Shown one piece after another: positions 1 to 11,739 of a DNA stretch of 64,000 nt. This DNA comes from Octopus vulgaris (lineage: Eukaryota): contig OX597815.1 of assembly GCA_951406725.2 (NCBI GenBank), positions 133,362,001 through 133,426,000 on the forward strand, in the 5' to 3' direction. The position numbers and the translations under genes are program-made. A model generated the notes under the pieces. It did not search any database and was not told the origin of the DNA. It was given only the letters and a program-made list of their open reading frames with translations. Within the stretch, counting starts at the first letter, position 1, and every line of letters begins with the position of its first letter.

Positions 1-508
1 ACAGTTGCATTGAAAACTCTAGATGAAGTTGTTTGTAAGTTTAGGGCAATAGATTAAACAGAATCATTTTGAGTTCAAATCCCATTTAGATCAACTTCGT
101 CTTTTGTCCTTCCAGGGCTGGTAAAATAAACATGACTGACACTGGTGTTCTCAACCACTCTCTTCCCCTGTCCACAAGCACCATAGATTTGTGATTGCAT
201 CTTTATTAGAAATCAGCATTTATAGCTTTGGGTATCTGACATGTTATAGTGACTATCAGAAGGTCTATACTTCAAGGAAGTATTTAGTGAAATTACTTTG
301 TTTTTGTGCTTGGAACATAAAGTAACATGAAATTTTGACGTAGGGTTTTTGATTTAGATTACCTTAAAGCAGGAAGTTTTTTATCATAGGATCATGGATA
401 GTCTCAGGTGGGTTGGTATCACAAATGTTAATCTTTGTAATAACAGCTTCTCTATTAACTGTGTTTGCTTAAGAATGAAATACTTATTCGATCAGAATTA
501 GTTTAAAT

Positions 509-749
509 TACATTATTTACATTCGACAGATAATTGTCTTCATCTTGTTTGCTGTTAACACAACGTTCTGGCTGATATATCCTCCAGCCTTCTTCAGGTG
601 TCTTGGGGAAATTTCAAACATGGGTTCTCATTCCTAAGTTATTTTTCGATGTTATTATTATTATTGTTATTGTTCAGGTCACTGCTTGGAGTCGAACTCA
701 GAATCTTGGGGTTAGTGGCCCGTGCTCTTAACCACTACGCCATATGCCC
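509..749 (-). mobile_element. tRNA-headed short repeat carrying a hammerhead-like motif (inverted copy of the PLE 3' repeat)
   Basis: The reverse complement starts GGGCATA-TGGCGTAGTGG (A box) ... GTTCGACTC (B box); the head is 73 nt (749-677). It continues with (AAT)n and a hammerhead-like core, and matches 1512-1722 in inverted orientation. Confidence 0.8.
557..602 (-). ncRNA. Degenerate hammerhead ribozyme copy
   Basis: The reverse complement is GACAC-CTGAAGA-A-GGCTG..CAGCC-AGAA-CGTT-GTGTT; the GAAA box is altered to AGAA. Confidence 0.55.
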
Positions 750-1478
750 ATATACCGCAAGCTTACCTTTACTGGACGATACCTCAGCTTCAATTCCTAC
801 CATCCATACAGTGTAAAGAGAGGGATTGCTCAGTGCCTAAAACATCGAGCAAAGAATATAAGTAGCGATCGCGATACACACCACGAAGAAATGATCAAGC
901 TCAATAACGATCTGTTAAGCAACAGCTACCCCAAAAGTATACTATACACTCAAATTATGAAGAAGAGAGAGGATGAGGCTAATAAACTGTCCACAGTCTG
1001 TCTATCCTATGTGAAAGGCCTCTCTGAAAAGATACAAAAGATATGCAGCCCATATGACATCAGGATAGTATTCAAGAGTAATACAACACTTCAGAAATAT
1101 CTCCTTCGAGTAAAACCAACAATAGAAGAGAATATGGCCAAAGATTGCATGTAATCCATCCCATGCAGCTGTGGTAGGTTATACAAAGGCGAAACATGCC
1201 GCCCCCTCAAAATAAGGGTAGACGAACATCGCAAAGCTGTGACACAAGGAGATATTGATAAATCGGGTATAGCTGATCATGTATGGAAAAATGGAGACCA
1301 CCTCCCCCTGTGGGATGAATTTAAAATAATAGACAGAGAACACCACTGGAAAATACGAAAACTAAAAGAAGCAGCACTTAAGATAGAACATAACAACCTC
1401 CTAAGCAGACCAAGTGCAGATATGAGCAGCATATGGGAACTGGTATTAAGGAAGGATAGAAAAATATTAGATTTATAA
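744..1478 (+). pseudogene. Penelope-like element ORF remnant (RT thumb/linker + GIY-YIG endonuclease), 5'-truncated, one in-frame stop
   Basis: ORFs 744-1154 and 1239-1478 share a frame separated by TAA at 1152-1154. The translation shows YRKLTFTGRYLSFNSYHP..KRGI..CL..RA (PLE RT thumb), LSYVKGLSEKIQK, then CM*SIPCSCGRLYKGETCRPLKIRVDEH..SGIADHVW..EHHWKIRKLKEA (GIY-YIG nuclease). Confidence 0.9.
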
Positions 1479-1511
1479 GCCCTAAAATTCACTTCATAGT
1501 TGCCCATAATT

Positions 1512-1722
1512 GCGCAGGCTACTAACCCCAAGATTCCGATTTCAATTCCAAGCAGTGACCTGAACAATAATAATAATAACATCAAAAAATACCTTAAGAA
1601 TGAGAACCCAGGTTTTAAATTTCCCCAAGACACCTGAAGAAGGCTGGAGGGTATATCAGCCGAAATGTTGTGTTAACAACAAACAAGATGAGGACAAATA
1701 TCCTTTGAATGTAAATAATGTA
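1512..1722 (+). mobile_element. 3' repeat (pseudo-LTR-like) of the Penelope-like element, lacking the A-box part of the tRNA head
   Basis: High identity to the reverse complement of ~509-725; lies just downstream of the GIY-YIG stop. Confidence 0.8.
1629..1674 (+). ncRNA. Minimal type-I hammerhead ribozyme motif
   Basis: GACAC-CTGAAGA-A-GGCTG(gagggtatat)CAGCC-GAAA-TGTT-GTGTT: stem I GACAC/GTGTT, both core boxes, 5-bp stem II, minimal stem III (AACGTT palindrome in the sister copy). Confidence 0.7.
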
Positions 1723-2502
1723 CATAATTCCTCATCTCTTAAATATAGAACTGTAGTTTGAATTATATGAATGAACCTACTTAACAAGAGGAAATATTAA
1801 TTGCTAAGGACTAATAGATATTCAATAGGAGATGTAATTTAAAACTCCTTTTCCATTTAAATTAGTATGGCATCATAAATCCATTTATTATCAATTTTAC
1901 AAACAGCCTTTTAATTGTGGTTGTTCTATTATTTGTAATTATTAGTAACCCAAATGCCTCAGGAAACAATTATTTTTTTCAAAATGCAGATAATATGACC
2001 TGTTAACTTTCTGTGTGTTGCTTTTGTAATTACAGATACAATTTCCTAAAAATTTTTGTATTCATAAGCTGGCCTAAAATGGTTTTATGATGTGTAAGAA
2101 GTTAATGTGTGAATAGAGTTACTTATACATAGTGTCATTTACAACAGAAATACACACATATTTATGTATATGTATACATATATATGTGTGTGTTTGTATT
2201 ATAGGCTGGGTGAAAAGAGTTGTATCTATACTTAGTATTTTACATCTTTCTAAACTAGAAAATATAATTATTTTCAACTATGACAAATGAACTGATCTAA
2301 TTTATTCATGTTAGTTTACATAAATGAAATCCAGTGCCCAAAGAAATTAGTTGGGGTCTGCAACAACAAAAATTTTATGACATTCATAAATTTGGGTAAG
2401 CTCATATGATGAGATGAGAACCCTGATATTTAGGACCAAGCTTTTATTCAGGGAGAGAAACAAAAATTTTCTTTTTGCAGCATATGAACTTCACTAATTA
2501 GT

Positions 2503-2726
2503 TTAACCCTTCAGCATCCATATTACCCTGTCAAATGTAATATCTATTCCCATTGTTTTGAATTAATCATGCATTACCTTGTTGCTTCAAGATTTTGGTG
2601 AAGTGACTGGTTATTTTTAGAATAACATTGTGGGGTAGGTGTGAAAGGCCAGCTCTGATTGATTTGAACATAGAACAAATAAAATATTTGGTCTGGATAT
2701 AGCTGGTTTAAGTGCTAAAGGGTTAA
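2503..2726. mobile_element. TTAA-flanked MITE (piggyBac-like ends)
   Basis: TTAACCCTTCAGCAT...GTGCTAAAGGGTTAA termini; a related degenerate copy lies at ~6157-6380. Confidence 0.7.
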
Positions 2727-2954
2727 AGTTAACAGTAAGAATAGTTATTTCAGAAATAGGATTAAGTTGGCTTCTGTTAGAACCCTTTGTCTCTGTTAAT
2801 GATTCACTTTGCCTAATTGTTTCATCTATTTTAGTTTTATGTTATTGTTACTCCATTAAAATTGTGTTTGTAGGTTTGTTAATCCAATTTGTAGGTATTT
2901 GATCTGATATTAATATCTACTCTCTAGTCTCTGATGGCTTATAAGATTATCTTC

Positions 2955-3109
2955 ATCATCATTATCATCATCATTTAACGTCCATTTTCCGCGCTAGCAC
3001 AGGTTGGATGGTTCGACCGGGTTCTGGGAAGCCAGGGGCTGCACCAGGCTCCAGTCTGATCTGGCAGAGTTTCTACAGCTGGATGCCCTTCCTAACGCCA
3101 ACCACTCCG
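2955..3109 (-). mobile_element. RTE-tail-type retroelement 3' end with (GAT)n tail
   Basis: Recurrent motif TTAGGAAGGGCATCCAGCTGTAGAAACTCTGC...GTTAAATGATGATG, also seen at ~9130-9300, 19290-19450, 41260-41405, 42720-42860, 50460-50900 and 61555-61710. Confidence 0.75.
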
Positions 3110-3644
3110 TGTTTAAAAGATATCGTCAGTCAACAATATGGAAGGGGGATCTCCTGTTGAATGAAAAGTCCTTAGCTATATCTTCTGCAATATGATACCT
3201 AGAAGACTCTTGTAATACCTGTTCAACCCATGACCCAACAAGTGAGTCTTATTGAGGTCGTGTGACCTACTGGAAATAGCCAAATACCCTTCAAATTCAT
3301 ACCTATCTTAAACAAGACAGTACATAGCTGTCATCTTAAACAGGACAGTACACATTAAATCTAGATATCCCTAAAACAAATTAAGAAAAAAACAGGGAAA
3401 TGGCCATGCTTGGAATGTCTTTGATCATAAGTCTTTTTGGTCAGGGCTGACCTAGATTGTACAACTATGTTAACTGAGGCATAAAACTGAAAATTATAAA
3501 TATGACTAATTGAATTGGTCATATTTACGTTCATTTGATTCTAGCAAAAGATGTATATGTGGTACCTATTGTATTTGACACATCTCACTCACAATGGCAT
3601 CATATTCCAGTGGGGCTGTTTGCATTTATAAGACCATTTTATCT

Positions 3645-3950
3645 GTCTTTTATCTTTTACTTGTTTCAGTCATTCGACTGCGGCCATGCTGGAGTACTGC
3701 CTTGAAGGGTTTTAGCTGAACAAATCAACCTCAGGGCTTATTTTTTTAAGCTTGGTATTTATTCTATCAGTCACTTTTTGCCAAACCACTAAGTTGCAGG
3801 GATGTAAACACACCAACACCAGTTGTAAAGCAGTGGTGGTAGACAAACACAGACACAAAGATATACACACACTGATATAAACATACATACATACATAACA
3901 GGCTCCTGTTAGTTTCCATTTACAAAATCTCTTCTTGCCACACCTGTGCA
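3645..3950 (-). mobile_element. tRNA-derived SINE, degenerate copy
   Basis: Reverse complement of the family tail CAGCATGGCCGCAGTCGAATGACTGAAACAAGTAAAAGA seen at 10009-10425. Confidence 0.75.
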
Positions 3951-4797
3951 TATGTAATTAAAGCAAGTCATAGAGGGAAAATAGCATTATTTAACCTAAG
4001 GTCAGCTTAAATGCACCCCTCTCTCTCTCTCTCTCTCTTTCCTGTGTACTGCCTCCCCATCTATGATGCTTTTGCAAATTCTCACTCTGCTCTTCTCCCT
4101 ATTTCTATACTACACTCCAGCATCTGCTTCTCACTCCTTCTACTTCTTTTTCTCTCACTGCCCTCTTCTCCACAGTTCCTCTACCTTACCTCCCCACACC
4201 CCTTCTCACTTATCCCCTCTGACCTTCTCACCCAACTCATTACATCTATCTTTCCTTCATTGACCCTCTCAAGATTCCTCTCCATCCTAGTCTTTTTTTT
4301 TTTGTCTCCTTTCCCTCATACTTTCTGTTCATATACAAACCACCTTATTATCTTTTAGCTCTATCCCTCTTCTTTTTGTCAACCCTATTGCTAGTTTCTT
4401 TTCCTCCCTTTTGTTCCCTGCCATACTCGCCCATTGTTTCTTAGCATCTCTCTGCCTAAGATCACCATCCACTCTCTCTTCTGCTCTCCTTCAGTTATAG
4501 GAGCTCTAGTGATGATTGCCTCATAACTTGCAAGGCAATCATCACTAGTGTTGGTACCTCCCAAAAGCACCCAGCACATTCTGTAAAGTGATAGGTAAAG
4601 AGGTAGGAAGGGCATCCAGCCATAAAAATCATGTTAAAGTAGATATTGGTGCATGACTCATCAGACCATGTTAAACTATCCAACTTGTGTCAGCATGGAA
4701 ACAGGACATTAAATGATGAAGATAATGGAAGGAGTTCCAGTCAATATCAGTTTGTCTTTCTTTTTTTCAGGCATAGTGTGTTTGAATCAATATGTTC

Positions 4798-5005
4798 GCG
4801 GCGATCTGGCAGAAATGTTAGCATGCCAGGCGAAATGCTTAGTGATATTTCGTCTGTCTTTACATTCTGAGTTCAAATTCTGTCGAGGTTGACTTTGCTT
4901 TTCATCCTTTCGGATGAAGTACCAGTTGCTTACTGGGGTTGAGCTAATTAACTGGCCCCTCCCCAAAAATTTCTGGCTTTGTGCCTAGAGTAGAAAAGAA
5001 TATGT
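4798..5005 (+). mobile_element. tRNA-derived SINE, second family
   Basis: GGCGATCTGGCAGAAATGTTAGC...GAGTTCAAATTC..GAGGTTGACTTTGCTTTTCATCCTTTCGG; the same family occurs at 31393-31611 (-) and 62755-62930 (-). Confidence 0.75.
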
Positions 5006-5396
5006 TCTTTTTATAAGATAAGTAGAATGTGATTTGAGGGAGATCTGGGCATGTTAGGTGACTACTAGGTTTGTTTACTTAGTTCAGATCCTTGTGTGAT
5101 GTAGTGGAAAGGTAATAGATACTACCAGTATATATCTTTCCCCATCAAAATAAATGGTACTTATAGCTATCTTTAGATGCCCATCAGTAATGCAATGTTT
5201 TTGTAGTTACTATTTAGATAGTTACATCACTATATCTGATACTACATCAAAACATACTAACTCCTACTTTACTGTTAAGTTTCCATGCAACAGCCATATC
5301 TAAGTAATTTTCTTTTTACTCTCATCAGACTACTAGGTCAAGTGACCAGGTAGAAGCTCTCTCATTTCTATGTTTAGACTGAATTTAATGCATTTA

Positions 5397-5908
5397 CCAT
5401 AAATCCACAAGTATAGTCCGCCCTTGAGTATAATATGCAGGGAATTTTTAGGGGGCTGTAACTCTGAAAAACCTAAACCTTGTGTATAATACGCAGCCCT
5501 TCTCTAACTTGAGTCAAGGAGATCTATATAACGTCCTTGGTTTGTAAAACTGTATACGGTAATGTTCTTTATTATCATTGTATTTATAACATAATGCAAA
5601 CATGTAGCTTTTTTGTGCATTTTGTTTGCAGAAAATAAAGAAATAACAGTAATAACATTGAATAAATGTTGCTTACTGCAAGTGATGGATGATTCTTTTA
5701 TGACTTCATTGCTTTCAAGCTTAGCTTAAGGTATTTTCATGCCCGACATCGCAAAATGCATCTAAATAAACATTACTGGACAGCAAGTAGAGACTCGGAC
5801 ATTGCTTAGAAAATAATTTTCATTTTTAACCTCGTATATAGTACGCACTAGGGATTTTGACCTTTAAATTTTGGGGGAAAAGTGTGGATTACACTCGAGG
5901 ATTTACGG
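5397..5908. mobile_element. Non-autonomous Tc1/pogo-type DNA transposon with TA target duplication
   Basis: Imperfect TIRs TA|CCATAAATCCACAAGTATAGTCCGC and GTGGATTACACTCGAGGATTTACGG|TA; an empty paralogous site lies at ~6480-6596. Confidence 0.8.
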
Positions 5909-5987
5909 TAGTAAAAAACAGCTGTTGCTCAACCTTTGTGAGGTTTTCTATTTTTCATGCATAACCAGGCCCTTGTGACTCTGCAAC

Positions 5988-6070
5988 TTCCTCCTCCTCC
6001 TCCTCCTCCTCATCATCATCATCATCACCACCACTACCACCACCACTACCACCACCACTACCACCACCAC
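5988..6070. repeat. Compound trinucleotide microsatellite (CCT)n(CAT)n(CAC/TAC)n
   Basis: Directly visible. Confidence 0.95.
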
Positions 6071-8204
6071 ATAACATGTTTTCAATGCTGACATAGATTA
6101 GACTGTTGGACAGGGGCCTATGTTTGTTTTCACCTCAACCCTGATCAAGCCCTACTTAATCCTTTAGCATTCAGATTATTCTGTCTAATGTAATGCTTAT
6201 TTATTCACAATGTTTTGAATTAATCATGCATTATGTTTTTGTGTTGAGATTTTGACAATGTGCTTGTTTATCTGTCAAATGACTTTGTATGGTAAGTGTG
6301 AGAGGCTAAATATATCGGTCTGTACATAAAATGGGTAGAATATTTGGGTCAGATATGGCCAGTTTAAATGTTAAAGAATTATTTTGAACTCAGACATAGT
6401 TTATAAGTCTGATCTAAAATATCATTTCTCTCCCCCACTCCTTTTCAAGGCAGTATGGTTTATTTAGCTGCTATTTCTAATAGGTCAAGTGACCATGTAA
6501 AGACTCTCATTTTTATGTTTATAGTGAAGTTAATGCATTTAGTGAAAAACAGCTTTTGCTTAACCTTTGTCAAGTTTTTTTTTTCATGCACAACCAATTT
6601 TTAACTATTTATATGCTAAGTTGCTCATTAATTGTAAGATCAACCTGAATACCAGTTTATGAAATAAATGCCACATGTTTAAACAACATTAATGATGCAG
6701 AAAAAACGTGGAGTAATGTTAAAGTTAGTATATTAATAGCACACATTATAGGCTCTTGTGCACAACTCAATCATAAGTTGTTTTTTTTTCATAATATATC
6801 TGGAAATATAGTTTTTAGAATATTCTAAACTTCACATAGAGTGACCACAAGACCATGACACATCCCCCACCACTACCACCTTTGCTGTTGTTGCTCAATG
6901 TAGGGTAGGCTTTATTGGTCACTGCTATCACTACTATTATGCTAAACACCAGATAATGTCAGCTGTTATATTTTGGAGACTTCCACACTCTAATAGAGGA
7001 TGAAATCACTCAACTTCCTTCATGTTATAGGCAGATGCATACAACATAAAATTGTGCATCTACTAAAAGTTAATGGGGTGGGTAGAGATTCCTAAGATGG
7101 AATGGTGAAAAATATTGCATCACTTGAATAAGAATGTATTTTATAGACCTGTATCTTCTCTTACTGCAAGATACCTGTTTCCATTCCTCTATCATACTTT
7201 AACCTCCCATCACTTGGCATAAAGCCACCTTCCTCAGTCGAGGGGTCTTGTCTTGCAAGTTACTTGGTAACCTCACTAATGTTGGTGCCACATAAAAAGC
7301 ACCCAGTACACTCTCTGAAGTGGCTGGTATTAGGAAGGGCCTCCAGTTGCAGTAACCATGCCAAAGCAGAACTCTAACTTGTGTCAAAATAAGATAATAT
7401 TTTCTCATATCTAAATATGTCTTTCACAGGAGGCTGAAAATGATATATCACCACCACATGATGGCCAGACAAGGGTACCCAAACTCATAGATGCACACAC
7501 ACATATATGATGGGCTTTTTTCTGTTTCCACCAACCAAATTCACTCACAAGACTTTGGTTGACCCAGGGCTATAGTAGAAAAAAAAAACATTTATCCAAG
7601 GTGCCACACAGTGAAACTGAACCCAAGACCACATGACTGGAAAGCAGGTTTCTTAACTACACAGTGCCTGTGCCTATGTCTCATATATACTTGCATCATA
7701 TTTGATATCTTAAGGTTTTATTGCTTTCATATTTAGAACATTATATAATTACAGCCTTACAGTTTCAACATGCTGGAAATAATATTTTCAGTTATGTGTA
7801 TAAAACCGACAATTACACATCCTTTCGTCATTAAAACCAATATTTCTTTTGAAATTACATAATGCTATAAAAATATGTGCTAAAGTTACAGATATACGTG
7901 TGAAGTGTGAAACAGTCCATACTTCCTTTAGCCTAATGTCTTCACAGTGAAATAAAAAAAAAAAAATCATGATTTAACATCTGTTCTCTATGTTGTAAGG
8001 GTTGGATGGTTTGACAGGAGCTGGTGAGTGAGAAGACTTCACCAAACTCCACTGTCAATTTTGGCATGGTTTCTTCAGCAAAATTCCCTTCTTAATGTGA
8101 ACCACTTTACAGAGTTTACTAGGTGCTTTTTACATGGCTGTTTTTGTATATGTGGAATAGTATTATAACACATCCTTTTGAAATATATTTATATATATAT
8201 ATAT

Positions 8205-8603
8205 ACGAGCAAAACGCACCACCACCACCCCCGTCCAATGGACGGTGCTGAGTTGTCAAACATTTAAACCAAATTTTCTCAAAACAACTTGTCTGACCAT
8301 CCCTTTTTGTGGCATTATTTCAAACCAGCCGGCTTTTTTTGCACAAACTGCATGTGCATTTTTCTCACATACACATAGTATCGATCGCAACAGCTGATGT
8401 ACTTGTGCATACAAATGCACGTTCCCCTGGTTTTATCAATCACATTCTCACCTGGAATCGATTTTTGTAATTTTTTCAAGACTTATACACACCCTGATAC
8501 CATCCATATCTACATATCAAATTTGAGCGCAATCGGATGGAGGATGCCCGGGATCCTAGAAATCACACACACAGACAGACAGAATGGATTTTATATAACA
8601 GAT
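8205..8603 (-). mobile_element. Probable non-autonomous Helitron-like element
   Basis: The minus strand starts TCTGTTATATAAAA with a (CTGT)n tract. It ends with the hairpin CCGTCCA-TT-GGACGG shortly before the terminus at a (TA)n tract; the 3' end is CTCG rather than CTRR. Confidence 0.5.
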
Positions 8604-10008
8604 ATCATCCATCATCATCATCATCATCATTTAACATCCGTTGTCCATGCAGGCATAAGCAGGTCTGGAGTAGAGAGGACATGTCATTGATGAGATCGTG
8701 AATGACAAAGAAAGGATCTTGACAAACCTAGCTGATTGATTGATTCACCAAACAATTAATCAAACAATCAATTAATTAATTGGTTGAATAGTTAATCAAC
8801 TGACAAATAAAAATTAAAGAAAGTGAAACAGAATTGATGCATGTGTTTATTACTGGCATGAATAGCCATCCCAAACCTGTGGGAGAGGTAGACCCAGGAA
8901 GACATGGGACAAGATGGTGAAGCATGATTTTTGGATGCTGAGGTAACGACAAGTGACCAAGACCTTTGGCGATTTGCTGTACATGAGAAGACAGGTCAAG
9001 CTAAGTGAAATTGTAGTCTTGGTAAGTGCCAGTGTCACATGAATGGCACTCATGCTGGTGAAACATGTGAGGTATCCATGCTAGTGACACACTAAAAGGC
9101 ACCTATGCTGGTGGCACATAAAAAGTGCCCATTACACTCTTGGAGTGGTTGGTGTTAGAAAGGTCATCCAGCCATAGAAACCAAACCAAATCATACTGGA
9201 GCCTGGTACAGCTCTCCAGCTTTATAGTCCCGGTCAAACTATCTAACCCATACCAGCATGGAAATGAGACGTTAAAGGATGATGATGATGATGATGATTT
9301 TACTCAGTTCTTTATTATTTTCAAAACAAAGTAATATATTTTGACAATAATATGTTAACAAAAGGGTTCATGAAAGTTCTCAGGTTTTATTCATTTCTCA
9401 TGAAATTTTCAGATTTCTCAGTGAATTTCCAGATTATATTTATTCATAGATTCACAAACAACAGCTGATTTCAACAGTTCACCTCTCACAGAGAGAGAGA
9501 GATATAATAAACCAACACTTCAATGCTGCACAATGTTTTTTAAGGAGAAAGTAGTAGGAGATTTGAATGTTTGTAACCCGTCACCTGAGACTCTTCCTCT
9601 TACTGCTTCTGGAAGATTGTTCCAGTTGCTGATAAATTAGTGCAGAAAGATGTTCAGTGTGTGAGCAGGTATCAGCATTAGATCTGGAGTAAGTATGTGC
9701 AGGCAGGAGGATGCAGATCCTCATAATATTCTTGCAATGGTAGCATAACTGACTTGTAGTTTGGCCCTCAGGTCATCACTGATCCTGTAGACCTATAACC
9801 AAAGGTGTTCCACTCACGACTAACCTGTCTTTTTGTATATATTATGTATTTACAAGGCTTGAGTCAATATAAGATAATGGTAGAAGATACTTAATCAAGG
9901 TGCAACACAGTGGGATCTAACTCAGAAAATTATGATTGAGATGCAGATTCCTTAATTATGCACCTAATATATATTTATACATATATACATAATATATATA
10001 TATATATA

Positions 10009-10425
10009 GGCGCAGGAGTGGCTGTGTGGTAAGTAGCTTGCTAACCAACCACATGGTTCCGGGTTCAGTCCCACTGCGTGGCATCTTGGGCAAGTGTCTT
10101 CTGCTATAGCCCCGGGCCGACCAATGCCTTGTGAGTGGATTTGGTAAACGGAAACTGAAAGAAGCCTGTCGCATATATGTATATATATATATGTATGTGT
10201 GTGTGTGTGTGTCTGTGTTTGTCCCCCTAGCATTGCTTGACAACCGATGCTGGTGTGTTTACGTCCCCGTCACTTAGCGGTTTGGCAAAAGAGATCGATA
10301 GAATAAGTACTGGGCTTACAAAGAATAAGTCCCGGGGTCGATTTGCTCGACTAAAAAGGTGGTGCTCCAGCATGGCCGCAGTCAAATGACTGAAACAAGT
10401 AAAAGAGTAAAAGAGAGTAAAAGAG
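10009..10425 (+). mobile_element. Full-length tRNA-derived SINE
   Basis: GGCGCAGGAGTGGCTGTGTGGTAAG (A-box-like), GGGTTCAGTCCC (B-box-like), internal (TA)/(TG) microsatellite, tail (GTAAAAGA)n; near-identical copy at 25229-25627. Confidence 0.9.
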
Positions 10426-10530
10426 TATATATATATATATATATGGAGAGTTTATGAAAAAAACAAAAGACGAAGAGAGGTGGTGTACAAAACAAACAGA
10501 TGTATTAGTATAACGCTCAGGAATAGAAAA

Positions 10531-10567
10531 AGTCTTACATTTCGAGCCTACGCTCTTCTACAGAAAG
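10531..10567 (-). ncRNA. Variant hammerhead-like motif inside a ~190-bp repeat (10444-10633) flanked by (TA)n
   Basis: The reverse complement is CTTT-CTGTAGA-A-GAGC(gtag)GCTC-GAAA-TGTA-AGACT; the first box reads CUGUAGA and stem I is short. Confidence 0.45.
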
Positions 10568-10630
10568 GGACACAGAAAAAACAAGGAGAGAAAAAAAATG
10601 TGTGTAGTGGCTAATGATCTATCATGGTGA

Positions 10631-10682
<52 letters not shown>

Positions 10683-10833
10683 TATAAATAATTTGGACAA
10701 ATAAGTAGAAGTCAGTTTGTGTGTTTAAATGTTGATAGAGCACAGGCACACTTTAGGCTACCTGTTGTCATCCTCAGTCATGGCACACTTCTGTTGGATC
10801 TGCTTCAGGAACTCCAAAGTGGCAGTTAGGGTA

Positions 10834-11143
10834 ATAATATTAATTAACAGGAGATGGATTTGGTATTAAATCTTTAATGGGTACAACATACATTTCAACC
10901 CATCAGTCTGAGTCTTATCAGGTACATTGATAACGATATGCCTCACTACAGATTTTTAGTGTCAGCTGACTTGTTGTTATATATTCATATGGACATATAA
11001 CAACAAGTCAGCCAACACTAAAAATCTGTAGTGAGGCATATATTTATCAATGTACCTGATGAGACCCAGACTGATGGGTCGAAATGTATGTTGTACCCAA
11101 TAAAGATTTAATACTGAATCCATCTCCTGTTAATTAATATTAT
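10834..11143. repeat. 310-bp near-perfect loopless palindrome centred on CATATG (10986-10991)
   Basis: The arms are reverse complements along their whole length with scattered mismatches, e.g. ATAATATTAATTAACAGGAGATGGATT / AATCCATCTCCTGTTAATTAATATTAT. Confidence 0.95.
11052..11096 (+). ncRNA. Minimal type-I hammerhead ribozyme motif with intact core
   Basis: GTAC-CTGATGA-GACCC(agactgat)GGGTC-GAAA-T-GTAT-G-TT-GTAC. The mirror copy on - at 10881-10925 has CTGATAA and a weakened stem II. Confidence 0.8.
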
Positions 11144-11703
11144 ATATATATATATTATTGAGTATACACACTCAATGAATGTGCATTGCTTATTCATTGG
11201 TAGGCTGCAATTTGATGTGGTGGAGGTGACTCTCTCAAAGTGCCAGGTGTTAAAATACTTAAAAGTCATAGACAGGTGAGATGGCACATCCCAAGTGCCA
11301 TTCAGGAGTGATGGACACCGATGTTTTGGAATTTTTGTGGCTTATCAACATCATGTACCTGAACCAAACTGGTTACAAATTGAATAGCCTGCCTATAACT
11401 AACTGTATGTAAAATAGTGTAAAAGTCATCTGCTAGTATGTCTGGATAATGCATATGAAGTTGTTTTAATATCTGGCATTTTGAGAGGGTCATCTCCACC
11501 ATGTTGAATTGCAGCCTGCCAGCAAACAAGCTAGACATTGTATATGTATGTTTGATAATCTTTACAACAATAGTGCTGCTTCTAATTCCTATTTGAATAT
11601 ATATATAGTAAATCCAAAAAAGAAGAACAAACACAAAAAAAACAATGTGAGGATGTGGTACCTGTAAAGTATTAGCAGACGCTCAGGGAAAGAAAGAAAG
11701 ATG

Positions 11704-11739
11704 GTTTAACATTTTGAACAAACACTCTTCTTCGGAAAC
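11704..11739 (-). ncRNA. Degenerate hammerhead-like motif in a repeat (~11610-11805) related to 10444-10633
   Basis: The reverse complement is GTTT-CCGAAGA-A-GAGT(gttt)GTTC-AAAA-TGTT-AAAC; stem I GTTT/AAAC is intact and the core is mutated. Confidence 0.4.

Noticed and set aside
677-749. Functional tRNA gene
   Set aside because: The acceptor and anticodon stems pair poorly, no oligo-T terminator follows, and it is fused to a repeat body, so it is a SINE-type head.
598-1633. Paralogous hydrophobic ORFs MSWGN..LLLLL (598-816 and 1277-1633)
   Set aside because: They are antisense readings of the inverted repeat and its (AAT)n tract.
11220-11580. 110-aa minus ORF as a host gene
   Set aside because: It contains LADD and looks like a decayed LINE RT fragment; no splice structure.
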